Assembly (NCBI GenBank): GCA_951406725.2
Contig: OX597825.1
Coordinates: 29,636,001 to 29,700,000 of the forward strand
Direction of reading: 5' to 3'
DNA from: Octopus vulgaris
Lineage: Eukaryota
DNA: 64,000 nt
Shown here: one piece after another, positions 14,581 through 27,028 of the stretch
How positions within the stretch are numbered: the first letter of the stretch is position 1
Layout of the letters: each line of letters starts with the position of its first letter
Translations under genes and position numbers: made by a program
Notes under the pieces: generated by a model
Told to the model about the DNA's origin: nothing
Database searches by the model: none
Seen by the model: the letters and a program-made list of their open reading frames with translations, nothing else

Positions 14581-15276
14581 TTTGATGTTTAATATGGATA
14601 TGGAGACATGCTTAATCTTGTGAAGATTGTTTAAAGCTAGCTAAACCTCCAATGAATGGAAGACTGTTTCAAAGAAGCTTCGGTGTATCTGATCACATGC
14701 TGTGTGACTGAGATTAATTAATCAACGACTGTTTTAAAGAAAGCAAAAGACTCCTGAACAACAAACAAATAAACGAAGTATTGCTATTATATCTTAAGTA
14801 CAAATGGAAACCTATATTCAATTAATTTCTTCTAATTAATAAGAACCCAGTAAATTAACATTATTAGAGTGCTGATATAATATATCAATTAACTCACATT
14901 AAAAGATTTTCTGCAGACCTTAATTATTTTATTTAATGAGGAAACCTTGTTGTATCACACATCAAACATCAAATGTCAAATAGTAAACTTATACGTCTTT
15001 ATTATCATTCTTCTCATTAAAAAAATACACATTATTTCAAGTAACAACCATTTTTTCCTGACTTTGCATATCAGCTTTATATCTATGTCTATAGCTATCT
15101 CTCTGTCTGTCTTTCTAACTATTGATCTACCTACCTACCTACCTACCTACATACATACATAGATACATACATGCATACATACATACATACTTATATATAT
15201 ACATACTTTATCTATCTATCTATATATACATATATATAAATATATATATGTATATTATATATATATGAGTATATTA

Positions 15277-15335
<59 letters not shown>

Positions 15336-15336
<1 letters not shown>

Positions 15337-15428
15337 ATCTGTAAATGTAATATGTGACAATTATTCGGTAGCCATGATAATATGATAATCATGGCTACCG
15401 AATAATTGTCACATTACATTTACAGATA
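15336..15428. repeat. ~41-bp hairpin palindrome in a (TA)n-embedded insert spanning ~15336-15493
   Basis: tatctgtaaatgtaa[ta]tgtgacaattattcggtagccatgat pairs with atcatggctaccgaataattgtcacattacatttacagata around a 9-nt loop. Confidence 0.9.
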
Positions 15429-15607
15429 AATTCCTCTATTTACATAATTTCAAGGTCTCTTTCTTTCTTTTGTTGTCTTACCATTTTTATCAATATATAT
15501 ATATATATATATAATTTCAACAATTGAGGGTAAAATTAATTAATTAATCAATTTTACCAAGTATTCAGTATACAAAGGGACCATTTAAGGCGAATTCAAA
15601 TTATTAC

Positions 15608-15977
15608 ATTATATAAAAGGGCTTAGTAAAATAAATTACTTTGCCGCATACTGAACTCATTAGAAATAGCAGCTAAAAAAACTTTTTCAAAAACTATTTC
15701 CAATACTTAAAGAAAACCTCTCTCATATAGTGTTTGCTCAACTTGATAGAAGTGTCGATTTTGACTAATCTTGAAACGTACGTTCTCAAATAACCTTTGC
15801 ATTTGATTTTTTAATGTCTCTACCCCCATACTTTTGTGAGTTGAGTTGAGCAAACACTATATGAGAGAGGTTTTCTTTAAGTATTGGAAATAGTTTTTGA
15901 AAAAGTTTTTTTAGCTGCTATTTCTAATGAGTTCAGTATGCGGCAAAGTAATTTATTTTACTAAGCCCTTTTATATA

Positions 15978-15979
<2 letters not shown>
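15608..15979. repeat. 136-bp inverted repeat with 100-bp spacer (inverted pLTR-like or foldback insert in (TA)n)
   Basis: 15608-15743 is the reverse complement of 15844-15979, with no mismatch found by eye. The spacer contains GAAAC-GTAC-GTT. The insert (~15512-15979) is flanked by TA repeats. Confidence 0.9.
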
Positions 15980-16039
<60 letters not shown>

Positions 16040-16658
16040 GTATTATATATATAATAATAAGAATAATTCTTGGATAGAATTTATGAATATTTTAATGCAT
16101 CGCTACCTGTGTTCCCACAAATCACATGTTTTGTAAGTCTGTATTCCTGGGATGATTCCAGGACAGTCGATAGTATCCATAAACATTGGGTGGATCATGT
16201 TCATGTGTCCACTTCTCTGTGCATAATGAAATAGGGGCATTTACATGCATATGCCAAATATTTCATGTAAACAAACTTAAAGGATATCTGTGTGTGTGTA
16301 TGCGCATACACATTTATATGTATACACACATATATCTGTATGCATATTTATCGAACTCAATGAATAACTATGGATGTTAATCACTAGAGGTCATCACATC
16401 CATGTACACATTCACACATTGAAGTTGAACAGTGATAGGCTGAGGCAATACTGAGATATGTAAATGCTTGGGAAGCCTTTTCATTTCTGTATATGCTGTT
16501 TGGAAACAGGTGAGAGTAAGTGACAGGAGGAGCATCCAGCTTTATTATAATTTGTTTCAACAAATTTTCCTCTGACCTGTACAAGCATGGAAAAGTGGGT
16601 GCTAAAATGTTGATGATGTGATGAGGATGGTGATGGTATGTGCATAAGTATGTGTGTG

Positions 16659-16703
<45 letters not shown>

Positions 16704-18384
16704 GAAAGAGAGAGAGAAAGAAAGAGAGAGAGAAAGAAAGAGAGAGAGAAAGAAAGAGAGAGAGAGGTGGGGAGAGAAAGTGGGTATGGTTGGAAATGAA
16801 GAGATTATACCAAAAAATTATAGTTGGAAATGAAGGGATTTATAGCAAAAAATGTAGAGAGATTATTTGGTCCCCTATTATCTCACTACAGTTACATATC
16901 AGTAACCATATTTTCTTCTCTTAGGACACATATCTTCTAACATAAATATAATCACAAATATATTTCATACTCCATGCACAATGGAAATAATATATATATA
17001 TATATATATATATATTATTTAGAAAAAGAAACCTGTAAACATTGAAACCTTAACAAATAGAAATACGATTGTTTGAGTGTATGTTTGTGTACATGTGCAC
17101 ATGCCATCATAATCATGATTATGATGATGATGATGATCACCATTATTATTATAAAATTAACTTGTTTTAAATGTCAATACAATAATTTGCACCATATTTG
17201 TAAAATCTGACACTTGTATACTTTCATTAAATGTAATTTATTTGTCAAGAAATATTTTCTTCCACTATATTTATCCAAACCAATTCTTACAGACAAATTA
17301 AGATGAAGCATTTTCCCCATTAATGTCTTAAGAACTCAACTAACTTGACAGCTTGACATAAGTCTTTGAATAGAACTCAAACTTAAATGCATCTTTCTTC
17401 AGTACAAATATTATTTCTCTCAAAGACAATCCTGGAAAAGTAGTTTCAAACCTACCTGTGTATTTACATAATAGAAATCAGGCTTTTTATAATAATAACA
17501 GAATCCATCAGTGGGTGAGTGGTTTTATTCACTTCACAACTCTTGTGAAGCTGTTGAAGAAAACTAAACCTCATCTCTGCACCTTGTCACGTTGAGATTT
17601 ATAGTTGTGGGTTTGCCTGCATTTGTGTTAAACTTTATGCAAAATAGAAATTGATTGATTGATTGATTATTATATAACAATATCTATATAAAAGATGGTG
17701 AGCTTGTAGAATTGTTAGAGTTTTGGGTAAAATGCTTTTGAAGTATTTCTTTCATCGCTTTAAGTTCTGAGTACAAATTCTGTTGAGACCAACTTTACCA
17801 TTCTTAATTGCAGGATTGATAAAATAATGCACCAGTAATACACTGGGGTTGATTTAATTGGCTAAACACACCCACCCTCCACCAATATTTCAATATAAAG
17901 CAACATAATGGCCAAGTTATTGAAGCACTGGGATTACATCGTTTTGTAGTATTCATTCTGGATCTCTGTGCTTAGAGTTCAAATTCTACAAAGATACACT
18001 TTGTCTTCCAGGGTCAATAGGGTGTAAGTTCTGTACTCAGTCAATTCTCCTTTTTCTTTCTGTCATTCTTTCCCTCTATTATTCTTGTTCCCTATCTGTC
18101 TCTCTCTTTTCCTCTCTTTCTTCCTGGAAGAAATTGTCTGTCTTCATACCCCAAAAAAGTGAAGGCCTTCACGATGTCTAAAAGTAACCCATGATAGCTG
18201 CCTGTCAGGATTCTGCCTCTATAGTTTGAGTTCAAAATTCCACAGGTTCAATGTATTTTTTTTCTTTTTTTTCTTGCATCTCCCAGAATCAATAAAATGC
18301 ATATGATTCATATTCTACTATGAAATCGACTGAATATACATTCTTACATATGCGTCAATGCTACATACCAATGTAAGGGAGGTG

Positions 18385-19490
18385 GCATTGCTGATGATCA
18401 CAATGAAGATAGAGATGATTATGATGATGACAGTGATGATGGCGCCAATAATGACGATGATGACGTCAGGGATGAGGATGGTAATGATGAGGATGACAAT
18501 GATGATGATGATAATGATGATAATGTATCAATGACGATGACGATGACGACAACGACGACGATGATGATGATGATGAAGAGGAGGAGGAGGAGGAGGAGGT
18601 AGCAGTGGGAGATAAAGCTGGAGGTATTAATGGTGATACTGGTAGTTATAGTGAAAATGGTGATGGATTGGAGGTGATGGTAATATTAGTAGTGGGAGGG
18701 GGGAGGATGGGATTGAAGATTGTGATGATAACAATTCATAAAAGTTACTTAATAAATCTATTATTTTTTTTTGTTTTAATTCTTTTATATGTGTATTTTT
18801 TTTTATCATTTTCTTTCCAGCCAATTACCCACTCTCAAAATAGTAATTCATACTGGTTTAAATTACCAATCATATAACGACTAACAACATGAATTTTCTT
18901 TTCAGTCCAATAATCCACCACCACCACCACCACCACCACCACCACTGGCAACCCCCACTTTCCCCACGCCCACCATCTTCATCATCACCTCTATCACCTT
19001 ACTATCACTACCACTATCACCTTCAGAATTAAAATTATACCACCACCACCGCCACCACAACTGCCACCAACGCATCACCACCATCACCACCACCACCACC
19101 ACAACCACCACCACAACTGCCACCACCACTGCCACTAACCCACCACCACAACCACCACCACCACAACCACCACCACCACAAACACCACCACCACAACCAC
19201 CACAACTGCCACCAACCAATCACCACCACCACAACCACAACCACCACCAGCACCACCATCACCACCATCACCACCACCACCGCCACCACCTCCACCACCA
19301 CAACAACAACAACAATAAGAAAAACCACCACCACCACCACCAACTCTATCATCATCGAAATCACTACAATTGCATCACCATCAACACCGCCATTGTCATC
19401 ACCACTACCGCCACCATTTTGAAACCCACTAACTACAATTATCATCGCCACCACCAACACTACCACCAACACCAACACCACTGCTGCCAT
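18385..19490. repeat. Large degenerate trinucleotide block: (GAT/GAG/GGT)n followed by (ACC/ACA)n
   Basis: Low-complexity runs at ~18390-18735 and ~18915-19490. Confidence 0.9.
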
Positions 19491-19915
19491 GCCCCGAAGA
19501 CAGATTAGTTTAAGTTAGCAAACTCTAGGAAATAAATTTGATTTTGTAGCTACACAGAGTGAAATTCATCTCTATATATACAAGCTCCGGTTATGTTTTG
19601 ATTAGATATTGAAAAATAACATTGAAAATGGTACCATTGATTGAACAGAGTTGTTTTTCATTAAACGCTACCTGAACCTAAGATAATTTCACTTATTCTT
19701 CATTTTATTCCTAACGCTTCCTCTTCGCCATACACAGAATTCACTCATTCTCCTAACCAACCAACCAGCCAGCCAGTCAATCAGCCATTCCCCCTCATTC
19801 GCTCGTCTTGTACGATTTTCAGTCAGAGAGAAAAACAATAGCAAATGAATGAATGAATGAGCAAGAAAATAACATTAAAATAATGATGATTACGATGATG
19901 ATGATGATAATGAAC

Positions 19916-19954
<39 letters not shown>

Positions 19955-20178
19955 TAATAATGATAATAATAATAATGATAATAATGATAATGCTGAGCAA
20001 CTTGCTAACTAAACAAAATTGAGAAATCGCAACCAGCTTTTGAATTCACTTGAGTATTTCGATATAATAGTGAAGTTTGGCTTAAAAGTTGTTAATTTTC
20101 TCAACGAGATATTGCAATGTTATTTTATCAATGGACTCTGTCGATTTCCTTTCTCTTTCTTTCTTTGTATGTGTGTGA

Positions 20179-20220
<42 letters not shown>

Positions 20221-22131
20221 GCATATCTACACACATACACATACACATACACATACATATATATGTATGTACATATATGTATATATATATATATATGTAT
20301 ATATATGTATATACATATATATATATATATATATATAAAGAGAGAGAAAGAGAAAGATAGAGAGATGGAGGGGAAGAGATAGGGAGGGAGGAACAATAAA
20401 TACAGGCTTATGTGTATGTATCTATATATTATGTATAAATATATATACATATAAGGCATTAATAAATCTCCGAACGAGATTACTGTTTATATACATATAT
20501 ATATGTATATATACATATATTTATACATGTTATATATATACATATATCAACCTATCTATCTGTATGTATGTATGTGTACATGCATGTATGTTTGGTCTAT
20601 GCACAAAGTCAAATATATATATTGGCACAAACACACTTTCTATTTATTTTCTCTTAGAATTAATCTAATCTCATCCTATATGTAATAATTTCCTTTAAAA
20701 TAACATTGTTGAAATTGCACTGGTTAGAATAAGTAAAAATGTAATGTTTTTGAGAGAAACTTTCCCTTCAGGATTTACATTATGTTTTATATTTTCTCCA
20801 GTTTTCTTCTCTTCTATAGATTTGTCTCTCTCTCTGTCTCTGTCTCTGTCTGTCAGTCTGTCTGTCTCTCTCTCTCTCTCTCAGACAAACACACTCGTGT
20901 GCACATGCATATACACTTGTACACATATGTGCATAAAAAGAAAGCATAAATAAGAACAAAACAAACAATATGAATATATGTATATCTGCACATATGTCTA
21001 TATGAATATATGCATTTGAACTTATATCTGTTTATGACATAAGCTAGACTCAATCTTGCATGCTTTATTATGTGTTATTCTGTTTGGAGATCTTACAACT
21101 GGATACTATCTCTCTTTCACAAACACTTACAACAATTCATAAACATATGTATGATTACATGCACAAAAAAGCATCTGCACATGTTCATGTATAATGAATT
21201 TTCTATAAACGAACAGAAAATCAAAAGACATTGTTATTTGTATGCCAGAATTTGAAGGAATAGCTAACATTTCAAACAAGACCTAATCTATAAACACAGT
21301 TGAGAAATATAATTACAAACCTTAATATGACAACAAAAGTCAATAATTCGATAATTCCTCAAAAGACTTTGGCATATTCTCATCTAAATTTCTATAGAAA
21401 TCAAAGTCATTTGAATAAAATCAAATTTCAGAAATCAATTTCAAATTTAACAATATTTTTTCTCTCTTATGAATTGCAATAACTTACCAAAATGCTGAAT
21501 TATTAAAATTCAAGGTAAGAAGTTAATTTTTAATAAGAAAGTAATTATCTTTTGAACAATTAGGTTGTATAGTAAAACTTCTCAGTTTTGATTGCTAGCA
21601 TTGGGTTTAAAACTTCATGTATGTATGTGTGTGTGTTTGTGCATGTGTGCTTGTGTAAACTTTTGTATAAGTAAAAATTCTTCTATTAAGTCTTTCTAGG
21701 ATTCTTCAATTGAGTGCTTATTGGTGCTTATCCAAATTGCTTAATTCTAGGTGTAGCATGGTCATTTTACTGGCTCATAAAACACACACTCAGCTACTCA
21801 TAAAATGTTATGTACAAAGTAATGAATCCAAAAATATATTCTCTATTTAACGTTCAAGATAGAAAGATAAATGATTCCCTGCCAGTGAGGGACCCTCTAA
21901 GTATTTGTTTTACATGCTTGAAATAGCATCTAAATCTTAATCTAGTTACACTCCAATCGTCTTATAAAAGACCAGATTGGATAATGTAGTCCAAAGTTCC
22001 CTACACAATTCAATCAGGATGCTTATGGCCAGAATACCTTTTGTAGTGAGTTTGTTTGATTGAATTCGTCTGGAACTAAGCAGCAACTGCTATGCTACAT
22101 ATACTAGAACAAAACAATAGTTTCACTGACT

Positions 22132-22327
22132 AAGGATGTGGTTAAAATGTTCAATTCCTAACCATGTGGTTTCGGGTTCAGTCCCACGGCATAGCACTTG
22201 GGCAAGGGATTTCTACTTGGGCAAGTGATAGCTCCAGGCTGGTCAAACCCTGTGAAAGGATTTGGGAGAGAGAAACTGAAAGAAGCCTATTAATATAAGT
22301 ATACATATGTAAGTGTTGTGTGTAAGT

Positions 22328-22375
<48 letters not shown>

Positions 22376-22965
22376 ATGTGTTTGGGCTCCTTGTTTTGAC
22401 ATCATGTTATAGTTATAAGTGAGCATTACTGCCATGCATGTAGTGTTATCTGTTTCTAAACTTCTGTGTAAAGATATCACCCAGTCATGGGGTAATATTG
22501 CTTTGCTTGGTATTTTGTTTGTCTTCGTGTTCTGAGTTCAAATTCCACTGAGGTCAACTTTGCCTTTCATCGTTTTGGAGGTCGATAAATTAAATACCAG
22601 TTGCGTACTGGGTCGATCTAATTGACTGGCCCCCTCCCCCAAAATTTTGAACATTGTGCCTAGAGCAGAAAAGAATATTACTTTGCTTGGTATTTCGTCT
22701 GTCCACATGTTCTGAGTTCAAATTCAGCCAAGGTCAATTTTGCCTTTCATCCTTTCAGGGTCGATAGATTAAGTACCAGTTGTGTACTGGGGATGATCTA
22801 ATCGACTGGCCCCTTCCTTGAAATTTCGTGTCTTGTGACTAGAGTAGAAAAGAATATTACTTTGCTTGAGAATTAGTGACAGGAAAGACATCAAGCCATA
22901 GAAAATTTGCCTCAACAACTTCCAAGCAAATATGGAAAGTAGACATCAAAACTATGATGATAATG
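22132..22965 (+). mobile_element. SINE with family A head and RTE-type tail, carrying a nested family B dimer
   Basis: Family A head and (TG)n, then a different 3' half ending gacaggaaagacatcaagcc..atggaaagtagacatcaaaactatgatgat. Interrupted at 22511-22852. Confidence 0.65.
22511..22852 (+). mobile_element. Tandem dimer of 5'-truncated family B SINE
   Basis: Two ~180-bp units delimited by three copies of aatattRctttgcttg (22494, 22674, 22853). Confidence 0.85.
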
Positions 22966-23875
22966 AATATAAGCTTGAAGTCTTATTGAATATTTTTTTC
23001 TTTTAATTTTACTTGTCACTTCTTAATAGCAAATGACAATGAATTTTTGAAATCATTTCCCCAGAGTAATGAAAGCAGTCATAACTGGAATTGTTATAAG
23101 TTAGAAATTATTCATCTTTGAAGGAAAGGGGGATTTCAAAAGTACAGTTTCATTTAACATACACAAACAGAAAATATTGAAATTAAAATGATGAAAATTA
23201 TCTCCTTTATATTAGACACAAATGGCTTACTAAAATTTCAAAAATATTCTGAAGATTAACCTTTTAGCAATCAGATATTCCATTTGACAGAATAATCCGA
23301 ATGATAAAGGGTTGAAATACATAAGCATGAAATCTCAGCTATATTATCTGAAAGTAGGTTAAATAGAAATATTAATGAGAGTTTCTTTAGTTTTGGGTGA
23401 TTTTGTTGTTGTTGTTTTTTTTTTAATATTTTCGTTGAGCAGATTTAAATTGAAAATGTCTTCCATTGTTGATGCAGGTTTTTTGATAAGAAATATTTCG
23501 AAAGTGTTTCTGTTAATAAAAGATTTGCAATAAATCACCGGAATCAGGTTCCTTGTCTGTAAGTCTATATTAATAATACATTTTGTTCTGGCAGTTTTAA
23601 TTTTGTATGAAGAAAGCTGCAAGAGAAATAGAGAAAGTTTTACAATTTTATTTTCTTAATGATATAAGATTTTCATAGTTTTCAATCTTAGTGCAAGATA
23701 CAGAAGAGAGAAATATATGTAGATTATATAGTGCTCATATTTAAAATTAATTGATAAAAAAAGGGGTAAAAACCTTGTAAGCACACACACATATATACAT
23801 ACATATATATATATATACATGTATATACATATACACACACATATGTATTTATATATATATATATAAATATATAAA

Positions 23876-23927
<52 letters not shown>

Positions 23928-24005
23928 GGTATGTAGAAAAATACAACATGGACAAGAACGTATAACTCTTAGAAGACGATACAATAAACACGGACAGGAC
24001 ATTCG

Positions 24006-24066
24006 AAACCCTCAGTCTTCAGTCAAGAACCGGATCATCGTAGTAATTTCGGCTGATTAATCTTGA
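24006..24066 (-). ncRNA. Non-circularly permuted hammerhead-like motif at the 5' end of a (TA)n-embedded element spanning ~23925-24066
   Basis: Minus strand: tcaaga-ttaa-tcagcc-GAAA-ttac-(14 nt)-tcttga-CTGAAGA-ctgagggttt. Perfect 6-bp stem I abuts an intact CUGAAGA, and GAAA is intact. The strand carrying stem III' and NUH is absent. Stem II register is ambiguous (TCAG/CTGA or AGCC/GGTT). Confidence 0.55.
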
Positions 24067-25769
24067 TGATATATATATATATATATATATATATGATGAT
24101 ATATAAATATATACACACACACAGACTTCTAAGGAGAATGTATGCTGATTTCTATGGCAACTTTGCTGAAAATAAATATCTTTTGTCATAAACCCTACTA
24201 ACTTCGTAGAACATTTTAATACTATTTAGCAGAAGGTTTAACCATGAAGAATTTAGCTACAAAAAGCAAGGATAAAATTAGAATGTTTTCCTATGCAAAT
24301 ATATCAACCAAGTATTAATTGAATGTGAGAAACTAGCTTTGTGGTAGTTGTAGGTGAAACACAGAAGATAATCTGTTTATGAAAAGTTCTTAATCACTTA
24401 TATAAATTCTGTCTGGTCTGATGTGTTCTTTAAATAACTGACTTTGTCTTTATTTTAGCCAGTTATACATTTGAACAAAGGAAAGTGAAATCAGCACGCA
24501 GACATTTCTGAGATGTCTGTTTATCATCAGATAATGTTATGATGGAAATTGACTTCATTTTCAGAAATAATAATTATGTACATGAAAACAAGGTGTGTTT
24601 TTGTTGTTGTTGCTTTGTCTTTTACAAGCTTATTTTTAAGATTTTTCTGACCACGGAACCTTAATTATCATAGAACAAAAACCAAGCTAGACTCCCAATA
24701 AACTGAGATTGCAATGAAGTTTTGGCTCTTAGCATGATTCTGTTAATTTTCTTCTCATTTTAACCCATGATGTTTGACTACAGAGAATTATTATTTTCTT
24801 TGCCCACCGATGATATATTTCAGCCAGAAACCACCAATTCTACCCAAGTCCGAAACACGAAAAATCTAGCAATGTTCATGAAGGTAGCAATCTCCTTATT
24901 GTGCTGGGATGGTTAGAGCTACCAGCATGGTGTACCTTTTCATTATTTGTTCCTTATATCAGATTGGAATTTGCCATGTTAAAGCTGCCAATATGTCTGA
25001 AAGAAAAACCAAAATGTTGAAATTTTCTGTATGCTGCAAAAAATTACATTAGGCTATTTTTCTATTTATGAACCAATTGAAGTCTGTTCCCAAATTTGCA
25101 GTGCAACATTTTGATATAAACATGCCTCTGTGTGTGTGTATGTGTGAGCCAGTGTATATGTATGTACAAGTGGGTATGTGTGTGTGTGTATTTATGTATG
25201 TATACATGTGTTTATCTGTGTGTGATAATTAATATGGAACATTGTTCTTTAGAATAACAGTGCTTCAAAAAGCCACTACGATGCCAATTTGAAAATAAAG
25301 GGTAAACATACGATAAAAGTAAATTCCAAGAACTCCACAGAATTATAATTTTTAACTTGTTTTTCAATAATTTGAATTTAAAATACCAATCTCAAAAAAC
25401 GAAAAAAAACAGTAAATGAGCTCATTCCATCTGCATAGATCAAAATAACTTCTTAGTGATCAATACACACACACACACACTTAAACATAAAAGAAAACAG
25501 AGATGACAAAAGAATAAATGATTATATATATGCATATAATGCAAATATGTGTATGTGTGTATTTACATACATACATGCATACATACATATATATATATGT
25601 ACATACACATACACATATATATGTGTGAGTAAGTGGATACGTATGCATACACACACACACACAAATATATTGTGTGAAAATTACTACTTTATCCAGACAA
25701 ACTACTGATGGAAAGAATGTCCTGCAGTACAAATCTTCGTATATACATGCATATCTATCTATCTGTCTG

Positions 25770-25850
<81 letters not shown>

Positions 25851-25880
25851 TTCTATGTATCTATCTATCTATATCTATAA

Positions 25881-25935
<55 letters not shown>

Positions 25936-26097
25936 CATATATATATATACATATATATGCATACATGTATATATATGTCTGTATATACATAGATACAAAT
26001 ATAAATATGGGTTAATGTAAAAAAACATACAAACACATGTATTACGATAAACTGATTGAGAGAAAGAAAACCAAGAATCAAATTTGTAAACTGTGTG

Positions 26098-26174
<77 letters not shown>

Positions 26175-26890
26175 ATGTGTGTGATGACAAAATCTTATGC
26201 CACGCTAGAGAAGCGACTGGAATTTGCAACATCGACACAATTTTGTGGTGTGGCTCGGGAAGAATTGCTATGGTGAAGATTTGCAAGACAAAAATAAATA
26301 GATTGGTAAAACCCTGTGGCGCAAACAATATAAAGTAGGCATTGATTGAGCCGACTATAAAATAATGGTAAAATTGAAAAATTATAGGTTTATTATACAC
26401 ACACTCACATACACACATGCACACACACACACACACACATGTACATGCAATGTAAATGTACGCTTACATATATATATAGCATGGAAAGCGGACGTTAAAC
26501 GATGATGATGATGATGATGATGTATATAAATATATATATGCACAAATGTATATTTATATGTATGTATATATATATATATATATATGTGTATGTATGTATG
26601 TTTATATATTTATATACATATATATATAATATATATACAGAAATGTATATATTTATATATATACACACACATGCATACATATATAATAATAATAATAATA
26701 ATAATAATGATAATAATAATAATAATAATGATAATAACAATAATGATAATAATAATATGAAGAAGACGAAGAATTTTTAAATCGACTCTCCATTGTTATT
26801 ATATGTATACATATATAATACATGCATATGTATATATACACATATACATACTTACGTGTGTGCACATATATGTGTGTGTATATATGTATG

Positions 26891-26979
<89 letters not shown>

Positions 26980-26991
26980 GTGTGTATGTGT

Positions 26992-27028
<37 letters not shown>

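Noticed and set aside
18902-19490. Gly/Cys-rich and poly-Val ORFs resembling structural proteins
   Set aside because: Degenerate (ACC)n repeat that is open in several frames; no splice or domain evidence.
22494-22868. CRISPR-like repeat-spacer pattern
   Set aside because: The spacers are homologous SINE copies, the context is eukaryotic, and there are no cas genes.
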